Assembly: GCA_036654095.1 (NCBI GenBank) | Contig: JAVVSR010000001.1 | Coordinates: 239,165 to 303,164 of the forward strand | DNA: 64,000 nt | Reading direction: 5' to 3' | Origin: Clostridia bacterium | GTDB lineage: Bacteria > Bacillota > Clostridia > Christensenellales > CAG-917 | Shown here: positions 38,948 to 48,831 of the stretch, in pieces | Numbering within the stretch: the stretch's first letter is position 1 | Layout: every line of letters begins with the position of its first letter | Notes under the pieces: model-generated | The model's database searches: none | What the model was told of the DNA's origin: nothing | Seen by the model: only the letters and a program-made list of their open reading frames with translations | Translations under genes and position numbers: made by a program

Positions 38948-39207
38948 TGAAATATCTCCGCAACAATAAATTATTTCTAAACACGCATAAAGATTTTACA
39001 AAATAATTTAATAAAATAACTGGTTAAGATTTTTTTAAAATACAAAATATGTATTATAAGCCTGAAAATCATTTTAATTAGAACATATAACTAAATTTTA
39101 AACCAATTAATGCAAATTTTCAAAAAATACTGTTAAAAAGCAAAATTATGCAATATAAAAAATAGCTTTAAATTTGCCAGTTAAACTAATAACTAAGTAC
39201 CAATTTA

Positions 39208-40044
39208 TTAATTTCGACTTGCGCTTTTAATTGTGTTTTTCATAAGCATAGTAATTGTCATTGGCCCAACGCCACCCGGCACAGGAGTAATAAAACCACA
39301 TTTTTCCTTAACGTTTTCAAAATCGACGTCACCACAGAGTTTTCCATTTTCATCGCGGTTCATACCTACGTCAATAACGACAGCGCCCTGCTTGACAAAA
39401 TCGCTTGTAACAAATTTAGCTTTACCAATCGCCGCGACCAAAATATCTGCTCGCGAACAAACCTCTTGTAAGTTTTGAGTTTTGCTGTGACAAATTGTAA
39501 CCGTCGCGCTTTCTTGAAGCAACAAATTAAACATAGGCTTCCCAACGATATTGCTTCGTCCAATAACAACGGCATTTTTCCCGACTATTGAAACGCCAGT
39601 TGACTTAATAAGCTCAATTATTCCTTGAGGAGTACACGAAACCAAGTCAGGAGTGCCTAAACTTAATAACCCGACTTGTTCGGCGCAAAAGCCGTCAACA
39701 TCTTTTTTAGATGAAATATTTGCTAATATCTTTTTTTCGTCAAGATGTTTTGGCAAAGGAAGCTGACAAAGTATTCCACTAACATCATCACGCAAATTAA
39801 GTTCCGTAACTTTATCCATAATTGTTATTTCGTCAATATCCGACGGGTAACGATATGAAAAACTTTCAATCCCAAGTTCCGCGCAAGCATTAATTTTATT
39901 GCGAACATAAACTTGGCTTGCCGAGTCATCGCCAACTAAAATAACAGCAAGGCCAACTTTCTTGCCCTGCTTTTTTAAGGCTTCAACATCTAATTTTAGC
40001 CCTTCTCTAATTTTTTGTGATAAGGATTTTCCATCAATAATCAT
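39208..40044 (-). CDS. folD: Bifunctional methylenetetrahydrofolate dehydrogenase/cyclohydrolase
   Basis: LAVILVGDDSASQVYVRNK, QLPLP, GRSNIVGKP and TPVPGGVGPMT. Confidence 0.93.
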   Translation of the reverse strand: MIIDGKSLSQKIREGLKLDVEALKKQGKKVGLAVILVGDDSASQVYVRNKINACAELGIESFSYRYPSDIDEITIMDKVTELNLRDDVSGILCQLPLPKHLDEKKILANISSKKDVDGFCAEQVGLLSLGTPDLVSCTPQGIIELIKSTGVSIVGKNAVVIGRSNIVGKPMFNLLLQESATVTICHSKTQNLQEVCSRADILVAAIGKAKFVTSDFVKQGAVVIDVGMNRDENGKLCGDVDFENVKEKCGFITPVPGGVGPMTITMLMKNTIKSASRN

Positions 40045-40076
40045 CTTATATAATCTCCGTAAATTTGTACAATATT

Positions 40077-40487
40077 TTAGATAGTACCATTTATTTCCTT
40101 GTTTATGCTTGAAAGTGTTCCATTTACAAATGATTTGCTTTTTTCACTGCTATATCGCTCGGCAATTTCAATCGCTTCACTTATAGCCACGGGCGCAGGC
40201 ACTTCAGGCATATATTTCAGCTCATAGGCGCACAAAATCATAACAGCTAAATCGGGTTTATAAACACGCTCAATGGTATAACCTTCAACATATTTTTCAA
40301 CCAACGATTTAAGTTCGTCAAAATGCAAAATAATGCCATCGTAAACATTGGTAATGTAAATTTTATCCTCGTTAGTCAACGCGCTGTCGGAAAGCAACAC
40401 ATCTAAAGTAGTATCATTTTTAGTATTATAAAATAAAAATTCAAAAGTCAGCCTGTACACATTTTCACGCGCGGTGCGTCTGCTCAT
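40077..40487 (-). CDS. nusB: Transcription antitermination factor NusB
   Basis: N-terminus SRRTARE, C-terminal INEAIE-like AISEAIEIAERY, FVNG.L. Size is 136 aa. Confidence 0.9.
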   Translation of the reverse strand: MSRRTARENVYRLTFEFLFYNTKNDTTLDVLLSDSALTNEDKIYITNVYDGIILHFDELKSLVEKYVEGYTIERVYKPDLAVMILCAYELKYMPEVPAPVAISEAIEIAERYSSEKSKSFVNGTLSSINKEINGTI

Positions 40488-40520
40488 AGTAACCTCGTAT
40501 ATTAAAGAAAAAATAAATAA

Positions 40521-40925
40521 CTAATTGTTTTTATCGGTAGTTAAATCATCTTTTTCGATTTCATTGGTAGCGTCATCAAAAAGATGTTCAATAGGTGGAG
40601 TAACAGTATCATCACAAATTATGCTGACTACCATAACATTGATTTCCGAAACTTTGTAGCAAGTTTCCCTTTCTATGTCTTTTTTAATTCGCTCCTGAAC
40701 GGCGCAAACAGTGTTTGGAATATTATAACCATAATTAAGGTTTACAAAGATATCAAGCTTGACCTTTCCATCAAGCAGATAAGCTTGTACATCGCTTGAA
40801 AAACGTGAACTTTTTTTTCGGTCAGATGAAAGCAATCTAATTCCCTCGACCTGACTTGCGCTTTTTGTAGCAATCGCGATTATGATATCGCTATACACCT
40901 CGGTATTTGATTTTTCTCTAGACAT
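40521..40925 (-). CDS. Asp23/Gls24 family envelope stress protein
   Basis: Asp23-like pattern (IIAIATKSASQVEGI...V...L.I.VNL.YG.NIP.....Q..IK..IE). Its position upstream of nusB matches B. subtilis yqhY. Confidence 0.8.
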   Translation of the reverse strand: MSREKSNTEVYSDIIIAIATKSASQVEGIRLLSSDRKKSSRFSSDVQAYLLDGKVKLDIFVNLNYGYNIPNTVCAVQERIKKDIERETCYKVSEINVMVVSIICDDTVTPPIEHLFDDATNEIEKDDLTTDKNN

Positions 40926-40999
40926 ATATAAAACTCCTTAATGAATGTAAATTATTATAACACATAAGGTTTTTTTTTACAACAATTTTAAGTTATAAA

Positions 41000-41028
41000 G
41001 CAACACGCGCGCAAAATTTGCGCGCGTG
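41000..41028 (-). terminator. GC-rich hairpin downstream of spoIIIAH (probable terminator)
   Basis: An 11-bp stem (41004-41014 with 41018-41028) is followed on the minus strand by a weak U tract (UUGCUUU). Confidence 0.55.
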
Positions 41029-41070
41029 ATTAAAGGAAAATCGAATATATTGTTAAAATATTATATAATT

Positions 41071-41547
41071 TTAATAAGCGCTAATGTGAATTTGCTTTGC
41101 ATTATATTCAGTAGCAGATGTGACTATTGAATATATTTGCGCCACTTCTGCCGATTGAAGGTCATCGTCAGCAACTACAACCGAGCAGTTGTTTTTACTC
41201 ATCGTTACGATAACATCGGTAAATCCTTTTGTTTTGATTAAACTTTCAACGCGCATTTCCTGTTCCATAGCGGTGCAAATGTCAAGTTTTTGTTTTTCTG
41301 CAGAAGTTTTAGCCTCGGTGCTTGAAGTAGATGCCGTCAAAATAGCGTCAAGATAATCAATAATTTCTTGCCGAGTAGTTTGTCGGTCGCTTCTAAATGA
41401 GCTGAATGTTGCGGCAACTGTCGGCGGATTACCACCACTTACCGCTGCATTTGTTAGCTTTTTATTAAGCCAAACATTCAGGAATGCTGATGCTACCAGC
41501 AGTACTATCATTGTAGATAATACTATAATCTTTTTTTTGTTTTTCAT
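41071..41547 (-). CDS. spoIIIAH: Stage III sporulation protein AH
   Basis: Last gene of the spoIIIA operon. It has an N-terminal TM anchor and an extracellular domain. The call rests on operon position and architecture. Confidence 0.65.
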   Translation of the reverse strand: MKNKKKIIVLSTMIVLLVASAFLNVWLNKKLTNAAVSGGNPPTVAATFSSFRSDRQTTRQEIIDYLDAILTASTSSTEAKTSAEKQKLDICTAMEQEMRVESLIKTKGFTDVIVTMSKNNCSVVVADDDLQSAEVAQIYSIVTSATEYNAKQIHISAY

Positions 41548-41556
41548 ATAAACCTC

Positions 41557-42150
41557 CTAGTTATTCATAGTGAATATTTCAATTTTATTTTGTTCAATAT
41601 TTAGCGCTGTCGACGCTGCTCTAAGCAACTCAAGCCTTACTTTAATGCTATTTGCGCCTTCGGCAACAATTATTACGCCCTGTATTTTTGGGCTTAACTC
41701 CTTAACTACCAGTGGAGTTGTTTTTCCGTCAACAGTTATAAGTATTGGCGAAGTAGTTTCATCGGTTGTTGTTGATTTTAAATTCGAACCTCCGCTATCG
41801 TCCTCGCGAGTGGTCGTATTGATTTTTTCCTCTATCGCGGTCACGAGTTCGGTTGTTCCATCGTACGTAATTAAAACTCTAACCTTTCCAGCGCCACTTA
41901 TTGTAGATAAAATACTTTCTAATCTTACTTCGTCGTTAAGATAACCTGCTTCGGTATTGCCGCTAGTCGTCTGACTAACTTTTTTATCTTTACCCAGTGT
42001 CGACGCATACACAAGTAACGCTATCGCTATTAAAATTATGCTAATTATCAACTCAATATTCTTAATTTTTTTAAATCTGTAAAAAATCTCTTGAAAGTTT
42101 ATTTTCTTATGAATATCCGACTGCCCGTCTACCTTTTTATTATCCTCCAT
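41557..42150 (-). CDS. spoIIIAG: Stage III sporulation protein AG
   Basis: TM anchor plus the conserved C-terminal region KVRVLITYDG...PKIQGVIIVAEGA...V...L..A...L.I...KI. Confidence 0.8.
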   Translation of the reverse strand: MEDNKKVDGQSDIHKKINFQEIFYRFKKIKNIELIISIILIAIALLVYASTLGKDKKVSQTTSGNTEAGYLNDEVRLESILSTISGAGKVRVLITYDGTTELVTAIEEKINTTTREDDSGGSNLKSTTTDETTSPILITVDGKTTPLVVKELSPKIQGVIIVAEGANSIKVRLELLRAASTALNIEQNKIEIFTMNN

Positions 42151-42625
42151 ACAGCACCCTCACTTGGTCAAGGTCAAGATTAAGAAAGTTAGAAACAATC
42201 GCTTTGACCTTATTTGATATATCTATATGCGCGCTGTTTTTATCTATGCTAGACTTACTTAAATTTACATTTACATAGTCAATAATAGTCAAATTGCGCG
42301 AATTTTCGACAATGCTAACAGAAGTATTGTCATAGCCTTTCTCCTTTAAAAGTTTTTCAACAGACTTTTCTTTTTCGTAATATTTTTTTGACGCGACATT
42401 ATTTAAAAATTCATTATCCAATTTGATATCGGCCGAAAAGTCAAAAATGGTATCAAAATTTATATCACGATTCAATAGCTTAGGCAGTGGTGATATTATT
42501 ACAAATATAATAACAATAGAAAATATGCCTTTAATGTACTTATTTGTTTGGCCTTCGGGAAGCAAAATGTCGGTAAGTACGCCCAAAATAATTACGCCTA
42601 CTATGCTTAAAACCCACTGACTCAT
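42140..42625 (-). CDS. spoIIIAF: Stage III sporulation protein AF
   Basis: N-terminus WVLSIVGVIILGVLTDILLPEGQTNKYIKGIFSIVII is typical of SpoIIIAF. The start was set at MSQW (ATG 42623-42625), which has an aggagg SD. Confidence 0.8.
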   Translation of the reverse strand: MSQWVLSIVGVIILGVLTDILLPEGQTNKYIKGIFSIVIIFVIISPLPKLLNRDINFDTIFDFSADIKLDNEFLNNVASKKYYEKEKSVEKLLKEKGYDNTSVSIVENSRNLTIIDYVNVNLSKSSIDKNSAHIDISNKVKAIVSNFLNLDLDQVRVLYGG

Positions 42626-42668
42626 ACCATTGATACCTCCTAATTTAAATAACTTAAATAGATTATGC

Positions 42669-43868
42669 CTACACCACACCTAAATTGCAGGTAAACATAA
42701 CCAACATAATCACTATAAAATACATAAATGCTACTCCAAATAAAACAGATAGAAGTAGTGTCATACTTTTAGACAGGCCGTGAAGTAAATCGGCTATTTT
42801 ATTGTCGCAAAGCGGTTCACAGATAGATGATGCAAGCTTTAACGATATTGTAAAAACAATCAATTTGATTATAGGCAACAATATTATTGTTAAAATAATT
42901 AGCAAACCAGTTATACCAAGTGAATTTTTAATTAAAATACAACTTGCAAGCACTAAATCAAACCCGTCGGAAATATATCCGCCCAAAATAGGCACATAGC
43001 TGCTGATTGCAAATTTTGTAGCCGTAATACCAATTCCGTCGATAGTGCGTCCAGCTATGCCCCTAATCGTCACAAACATCATAAATAAACTAAAAACGAT
43101 ACCTAACGTCCATTCGGAAACACTTTTAAAAAAATTGGTAAATTTATCTAACTTAACATTTTTTGATAAGTTGCCAACTATGGTAAACACTATTCCAGCT
43201 ATAAAACACGGAATTATGAAAACTGCAATAATTTTAATAATAAATCCAGTAGAAATCACCATAAGCGGTTGATAAAGCCCCACGCTTGTAACCCCGCCCA
43301 AAGCAGTCATTAAGGTTAAAAATAATGGAAGCATTGCGTCCATAAGCGATTTTAGTCGTAAAACTGTTTCAGAAGTCATTTTTACGTATGATATAATTGT
43401 ATTAAGTAAAAGGATAATAATGGCGGCATAACATACAAAATAAATTATTTCGTTTGTTGACTTATTTAAAAAACCTGAATTTAATCCACTTAAAATTCCA
43501 TATAAAATTGCGATAAATATAATTGATATTAAACTAGGCAAAAAACTAACAAAACTTTTTATAATACTTTGAAACACAACGTTAAACATTTCATCTAAGC
43601 CATCGTCATAGTTACCTTTTGCAATTTTAATTACAATATCGCGCAGATTGTTATTGTTAAACAATTTTTTTTCATCATCTGAGAGGTTATTAAAATAATT
43701 TTCAAGGTCATCGGTTTTCAGCTTGTCAACTTGCTCGTCGACGGAGTCGTCAAGCTGTTCTTCTGCTGTTTTTTCATTGGCTAGTATTATATTATTCGGT
43801 TGATTATAGAACACTATTAGCATTACAAATGTTAAAAATACAAAAATCAACGCTATTTTCCTTTTCAT
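42669..43868 (-). CDS. spoIIIAE: Stage III sporulation protein AE
   Basis: Signal or TM N-terminus followed by ~7 TM helices; 399 aa; operon position. Confidence 0.85.
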   Translation of the reverse strand: MKRKIALIFVFLTFVMLIVFYNQPNNIILANEKTAEEQLDDSVDEQVDKLKTDDLENYFNNLSDDEKKLFNNNNLRDIVIKIAKGNYDDGLDEMFNVVFQSIIKSFVSFLPSLISIIFIAILYGILSGLNSGFLNKSTNEIIYFVCYAAIIILLLNTIISYVKMTSETVLRLKSLMDAMLPLFLTLMTALGGVTSVGLYQPLMVISTGFIIKIIAVFIIPCFIAGIVFTIVGNLSKNVKLDKFTNFFKSVSEWTLGIVFSLFMMFVTIRGIAGRTIDGIGITATKFAISSYVPILGGYISDGFDLVLASCILIKNSLGITGLLIILTIILLPIIKLIVFTISLKLASSICEPLCDNKIADLLHGLSKSMTLLLSVLFGVAFMYFIVIMLVMFTCNLGVV

Positions 43869-44251
43869 TGCACTAATTTTGAAACCACATCAATAAGCGA
43901 AGTCAATATCGGTAAAGCCATTAAAAAAATAACAATCTTACCCGATAGTTGAAGTTTTTTTGCGATGCTTGGCGTGCCATAATCCTCGCAAATGCTTGCG
44001 GAATATTCAGTTAAATACCCTATTCCAATTATTTTTAAAATTCCTTGAAATAGCTTGTCCGATATTCCGCTTTTGTCAACAATTTGATAAAATGCACCAA
44101 TAACTTGGTTAAATGAGTTAATTAGCATAATTAAAATAATTATGCCTGTTGCCAGTGTCGCAAATATAGCAAATTCAGGCTTTGCTGTTTTTAACAACCC
44201 TGCTATTACCGCGCCCAATATTCCTATTCCAATTATCTTAAATATTTCCAT
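43865..44251 (-). CDS. spoIIIAD: Stage III sporulation protein AD
   Basis: 128-aa four-TM protein (IIGIGILGAV...GIGYLTEYSASICEDYG) in the expected operon position. Confidence 0.85.
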   Translation of the reverse strand: MEIFKIIGIGILGAVIAGLLKTAKPEFAIFATLATGIIILIMLINSFNQVIGAFYQIVDKSGISDKLFQGILKIIGIGYLTEYSASICEDYGTPSIAKKLQLSGKIVIFLMALPILTSLIDVVSKLVQ

Positions 44252-44253
44252 TT

Positions 44254-44451
44254 TTAATATAACCCGAAAATTTGCTTTATCGTGTCAAAAAGCCCGCCTA
44301 TCAAGTCCATAACAAGTAAAAGCACTATCACAACACCTGCAATGGTAACAAAATTGCCAATTTCTTCTTTGTCGCTTTTCTTGAGAATTACGTTTATAAC
44401 TGCGGTTAAAATTCCAATACCCGCTATTTTTAAAATAATATCAATTCCCAT
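44254..44451 (-). CDS. spoIIIAC: Stage III sporulation protein AC
   Basis: 65-aa two-TM protein (ILKIAGIGILTAVINVILK) in the expected operon position. Confidence 0.85.
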   Translation of the reverse strand: MGIDIILKIAGIGILTAVINVILKKSDKEEIGNFVTIAGVVIVLLLVMDLIGGLFDTIKQIFGLY

Positions 44452-44452
44452 A

Positions 44453-44953
44453 TCACACCACTATAATCATTAAGGCGACTCCTGTAAGTACGCCAAGTTT
44501 GTAGTACATTCCGCCTTTTTTTGCCAACGCAAGTTCCGCCTGCGCTTCTAAACATAAAAACTTTTGCAAATATCTTTCAAGGTTTATAAGTTCACTTTCG
44601 TAATCGCTTTTTCCTAGCGCAAATAAAAATGTTGAAATTTCCAAAACATCATCGTTAGTTAAATAAATGCTTTTTAAAGATTGCGTGACTTCGGAAATAC
44701 TATTGTATCCAAATAACAATCCGTCAGAATATTTTAATAAAAGCTCATATCCCAAACCCTTTTTATTTAAACAAAAAGTTTTAATAACATCAATTAAAGG
44801 TGTTTTTAAAAACTTAATTTCCGTTTTTAAAACCTCGGCAAAACGTCTAAATATTGAATAAGTTTCATAGCGTATTTTATAAATTCGCTTAATTCCAATT
44901 CCAATATACGAACAGGCGGTCATTAATAAAGCTCCTGAAATTATGGTCAACAT
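44453..44953 (-). CDS. spoIIIAB: Stage III sporulation protein AB
   Basis: 166 aa with an N-terminal TM, a helical soluble domain and a C-terminal TM, in the expected operon position. Confidence 0.75.
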   Translation of the reverse strand: MLTIISGALLMTACSYIGIGIKRIYKIRYETYSIFRRFAEVLKTEIKFLKTPLIDVIKTFCLNKKGLGYELLLKYSDGLLFGYNSISEVTQSLKSIYLTNDDVLEISTFLFALGKSDYESELINLERYLQKFLCLEAQAELALAKKGGMYYKLGVLTGVALMIIVV

Positions 44954-45807
44954 TTTTCAATTACCTTTACGACTGTTCCCGCTTTCACTTGTTTAGAAAG
45001 TACAATTATGACCTGCATAATATCTAATAAAGGCGAAAAAACAGTACTTTTAAGCGCTATATCGCTTTCGGCGTGTACAGAAAGCCCAACTTTAACACCA
45101 GCGCGACAAGCGTCAATTACTGCATCAATTTCCTCCTTTTTAAATACCTCGTCTGAAATAATTACATCAGGATTCATAGCTCGTATGGTGTTTTCATACG
45201 CTATCAATTTCGGCACTCCGCTTATTACGTCGGTATTTACTCCGATATCAAATGTCGGCAATCCTTTAACTTCGGCGCACAATTCAAATCTTTCATCAAT
45301 AACCAATACGTTTAAACCCGAGTTAGATGTCAGCCTGGCAATTTCTCGCAACATTGTAGTTTTTCCTCCTGCCGTCGGCGATATCACTAATGTATTTTTA
45401 AACTCGCCCTTGTCACATATTTTGTTAAATATCTTGTCCGCGCAACCCTTAACTTCTGTCGGTACGCGTATAGTTAAATAACTTAAATACTTTTGCGTTG
45501 TCAATTTTGCGCCGTCCATTACCCCTTCGCCCGCAACTCCAATTCTTATCCCACCTTCATAATGAAGATAACCCCTCACTAAGCTGTCATTTATTGAATA
45601 TACCGAATAACCGCTCGCTACTCCAATGATATAGTCAACATCACTTTTGGAAACAATGTATAAAACATCACCTATTCTCGCATCGCTCCAAACACTGCCA
45701 TTATAAATTCGTAGCGGTTTTCCTATTCGCAACCTCAACTCGCATATTCTTAAACCATAAATAGCGTTTAACATTCCTATTGGCAATAATCTTTCTAAAG
45801 TTTCCAC
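44947..45807 (-). CDS. spoIIIAA: Stage III sporulation protein AA (secretion-type ATPase)
   Basis: Walker A SPTAGGKTTMLREIAR and Walker B VIISDE. The start codon on the track is GTG with no clear SD, so the exact start is uncertain. Confidence 0.85.
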   Translation of the reverse strand: METLERLLPIGMLNAIYGLRICELRLRIGKPLRIYNGSVWSDARIGDVLYIVSKSDVDYIIGVASGYSVYSINDSLVRGYLHYEGGIRIGVAGEGVMDGAKLTTQKYLSYLTIRVPTEVKGCADKIFNKICDKGEFKNTLVISPTAGGKTTMLREIARLTSNSGLNVLVIDERFELCAEVKGLPTFDIGVNTDVISGVPKLIAYENTIRAMNPDVIISDEVFKKEEIDAVIDACRAGVKVGLSVHAESDIALKSTVFSPLLDIMQVIIVLSKQVKAGTVVKVIEKC

Positions 45808-46088
45808 ATTTAATCTTATGAAAAAAATATTACTAAAATTCTATTCAGACAAAATAAGACATTATTTTCAAAACTAAAACAATGCTTTAAAATTGTAATT
45901 TAAAACATAATAAAAAAGATGTTTTTTATAATAAAGTTTGCTTTAATTTGATTGCTCAAAATCAATATTGTATATTTCTTATTTAAAGGTTTAAGCTTAT
46001 ATATGTCGATTTTATTTAAAATCAATGCTAACATTATAAAAATGCAAACAAATGGCTTATAATATAAATATATTAATTAGCTATACAG

Positions 46089-46117
46089 TTTACAAATAAT
46101 ATAAAATATGGTAAAAT
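46089..46117 (+). promoter_or_regulatory. Sigma-A type promoter of pepP-efp, positioned for a leaderless transcript
   Basis: TTTACA (46089-46094), a 17-nt spacer containing TGg (extended -10), then TAAAAT (46112-46117). The ATG at 46124 lies 7 nt after the -10 and has no SD. Confidence 0.5.
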
Positions 46118-46123
46118 ATTTTT

Positions 46124-47188
46124 ATGAAAAATTTTATAAATATCTTTAATAAATTTAAAGGAATTGACGCAGTAGTTTTAATGTCAGCGTCTAACACTTT
46201 TTATCTTGCGGAATATGAAAATACTTTTGCTTTTATTATTTTATCTAAGCAAGGTGGTTTTTATCTAACCGATACCCGTTATATTGAAGAGGCAAAAACG
46301 CATTTAGCCGAGGGCGCTGAGTGTATAACAGTTACCAACAGCACTGTTTTTCGCAAAATTAATGAAATTCTTGACAAAATCAATGCAAAAAAAGTTGGAT
46401 TTGAAAATTCTAGTATAACGTTTGACAGCTATTCAGCTTTAAGTTCCGCTCTTGTTGGGAAAACCCTTGTTGGTATCGAGCCGCAACTACTTGCTATCCG
46501 CGCTGTAAAAACCATTGATGAATTAAAGCTTATTAAAAAAGCCGCATCAATTAATGACCGTTCATTTGCAAAACTTTTAAAGAAAGTCAAAGCGGGAGTT
46601 ACAGAACGCGAGCTTGCTTACGAGCTTGAATATAATTTTCGCAAATATGGCGCTGACGGCACGGCTTTTGACACTATTGTTGCCTTTGGTGAAAATACAT
46701 CACGTCCGCACGCGCACATTTCTGATAAAAAACTTCAGTTAGGTATGCCCGTTACAATCGATTTTGGTTGCAAATATCAAGGCTATTGTAGCGACATAAC
46801 TCGGTCGTTTGCATTTGGCGAGCCTAACAAGCAAATTTTAGATATATACAATGCAGTTTTAAACTCAAATTTAGCCGGCATTAATGCCGTCAAAGTTGGT
46901 ATGTCTACTCGCGCTGTCGACGAGGTTTGCCGCAACTATTTAAAGCAATTTAAGTTAGATGAATATTTTATTCACGGCACAGGTCACGGTGTTGGCATTG
47001 ACATTCACGAGGCGCCTACTCTTAACCCTCATAGTGATGAAGTTTTAAAAAAGAATATGGTAATTACGATTGAACCCGGTGTTTATATTGAAGGCATTGG
47101 TGGCGTTCGTATTGAGGATTTACTAATAGTTACTAATGACGGCGCAAACGTAATTAGTAAAACTGATAAAAAATTAATGATTTTATAA
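46124..47188 (+). CDS. pepP: Xaa-Pro aminopeptidase/dipeptidase (M24B)
   Basis: Creatinase-like N-domain plus M24 metal-ligand motifs DFGCKYQGYCSD, HGTGHGVGIDIHE, and EPG...IE. Confidence 0.88.
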   Translation: MKNFINIFNKFKGIDAVVLMSASNTFYLAEYENTFAFIILSKQGGFYLTDTRYIEEAKTHLAEGAECITVTNSTVFRKINEILDKINAKKVGFENSSITFDSYSALSSALVGKTLVGIEPQLLAIRAVKTIDELKLIKKAASINDRSFAKLLKKVKAGVTERELAYELEYNFRKYGADGTAFDTIVAFGENTSRPHAHISDKKLQLGMPVTIDFGCKYQGYCSDITRSFAFGEPNKQILDIYNAVLNSNLAGINAVKVGMSTRAVDEVCRNYLKQFKLDEYFIHGTGHGVGIDIHEAPTLNPHSDEVLKKNMVITIEPGVYIEGIGGVRIEDLLIVTNDGANVISKTDKKLMIL

Positions 47189-47203
47189 ATTTAGGAGGTT
47201 TTT

Positions 47204-47767
47204 ATGGCTTTTGTATCCGCTGGTGATTTTAGAAATGGTATTACCTTTCAAGATGGTAATAGTGTTTTTGTTATAGTAAGTTTTCAACACGTTAAACCCG
47301 GTAAAGGTTCGCCGTTTGTCCGCACAAAGATTAGGAATGTGCTTACAGGTGGCGTAGTTGAACGCACGTTTAACCCAACTGATAAATTTGAGTTAGCTCA
47401 CATTGAACGCAAAGAAATGCAATATTTGTACAGTGATGGCGAGTTATACTACTTTATGGACAATGAAACTTATGAGCAAGTTCCACTTATGAAAGATGCT
47501 GTTGAGGAAGCCCTGCACTTTGTTAAAGAAAATATGAACGTAAACATAGCATTCTTTAATGGCGCGGCAATTTCCGTTGAGGCGCCCAACTTTGTTGAAT
47601 TGAAAATTACATTTTGTGAACCAGGTGTTAAAGGCGACACTGCGACTGGTGGCACTAAACCCGCCACACTTGAAACTGGATATATAATTCAAGTTCCCTT
47701 CTTTGTAAATGAAGGTGATGTCATACGTGTTGATACTCGAAACGGCGAATATATGGCAAGGGTTTAA
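47204..47767 (+). CDS. efp: Elongation factor P
   Basis: [19 protein letters not shown] (KPGKG loop), three OB-like domains, and an aggagg SD. Confidence 0.95.
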   Translation: MAFVSAGDFRNGITFQDGNSVFVIVSFQHVKPGKGSPFVRTKIRNVLTGGVVERTFNPTDKFELAHIERKEMQYLYSDGELYYFMDNETYEQVPLMKDAVEEALHFVKENMNVNIAFFNGAAISVEAPNFVELKITFCEPGVKGDTATGGTKPATLETGYIIQVPFFVNEGDVIRVDTRNGEYMARV

Positions 47768-47794
47768 TATCAAAACTAAAATACTATGCAACTT

Positions 47795-47822
47795 AAAAGG
47801 CCACGCAAATGCGTGGCCTTTT
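47795..47822 (+). terminator. Rho-independent terminator after efp
   Basis: The stem aaaaggccacgc / gcgtggcctttt has an AAAT loop and includes its T tract. Confidence 0.85.
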
Positions 47823-48049
47823 AAAATTAAATATAATTTAGTACAAATAAAATATATTAAACTTAATATTTATAATACACTTTATATAGTATTTTTTAAT
47901 ATAATAATTATTTTTAAAAATTCAAGCTAAACTTAAATTAACAATTATCAACTAAATACTTTAAAACTTAATAAATCTGAAACGTTAGCAAAACTTGACA
48001 CATTCACTACTTCAAAAGTTTTGTTTAAAAAATTATTATTTAGCTAACA

Positions 48050-48817
48050 TTAAGCTTCTTTTTCAGCAAACATCGAAATTTGCACAAATTCAATTCGCGT
48101 TTTAATCATTTGCATTATGCTTCCATCTTTTTTAGCTTGCTCATACATTGTCATTATAACGTACGGGTCGGTGTCACTGCTGTGATTATCGCCTATAAAT
48201 ACGCCTTTCATTACAGTGCCGTCTGCGCTTGTTACATTTTTAATGAAATATTTACCATTATATTCAATGCCTAATCCCTCGGGAACTATAAAATCTTTAG
48301 GGATTGAACGAGGTTTTGTTTCAAGAGCTTTAACTAATTTTTTAATATTTTCGCTTTCAAAGTCAAGTCCGACAAGTCCAATTCCAGTGCTTTTAGGAAG
48401 TAGCGCAAGCGAATCTTTAACGTTGTCAAATGAAAAACCCGGGAATAAACCGCTGACATATAAGTCAACAAAATCATCAAGGTCAACATCGTTTAAAATT
48501 GTGCTTAAATCAATATTAGCCAATTCCAATAAACTTTTTATATCACGTAAAATAATTTTAACAGTAATCGTGCCATCGGGACGAATAATAATACCACTTT
48601 CTTTATTATTTAAAAGTCCATATACGATACCGTTGGGTAAGTTCATAATATTGGTTTCATCGGTAAATCTATATACTTCTTCTTTAGAAACGAAGGTGTA
48701 ACAAGGACATTTATCGGGTGCGTTATCTTTATCGCCACATGCGGAAAGAATAGTAAATGAACAAACAAATAATACAAAAACTAGCGCAATATTTATAAAT
48801 TTAATTGATTTTTTCAT
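48050..48817 (-). CDS. Lipoprotein of unknown function
   Basis: Signal peptide with lipobox ILSAC. No family was recognised by eye. Confidence 0.6.
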   Translation of the reverse strand: MKKSIKFINIALVFVLFVCSFTILSACGDKDNAPDKCPCYTFVSKEEVYRFTDETNIMNLPNGIVYGLLNNKESGIIIRPDGTITVKIILRDIKSLLELANIDLSTILNDVDLDDFVDLYVSGLFPGFSFDNVKDSLALLPKSTGIGLVGLDFESENIKKLVKALETKPRSIPKDFIVPEGLGIEYNGKYFIKNVTSADGTVMKGVFIGDNHSSDTDPYVIMTMYEQAKKDGSIMQMIKTRIEFVQISMFAEKEA

Positions 48818-48831
48818 ATTTTATCCTCCAT

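Noticed and set aside
45808-45900. A sigma-E-like promoter (ATA ... CATAAGAT) upstream of spoIIIAA.
   Set aside because: The candidate -10 lies only about 5 nt from the GTG start on the track, and its spacing to the -35-like ATA is poor. I cannot support it from sequence alone.
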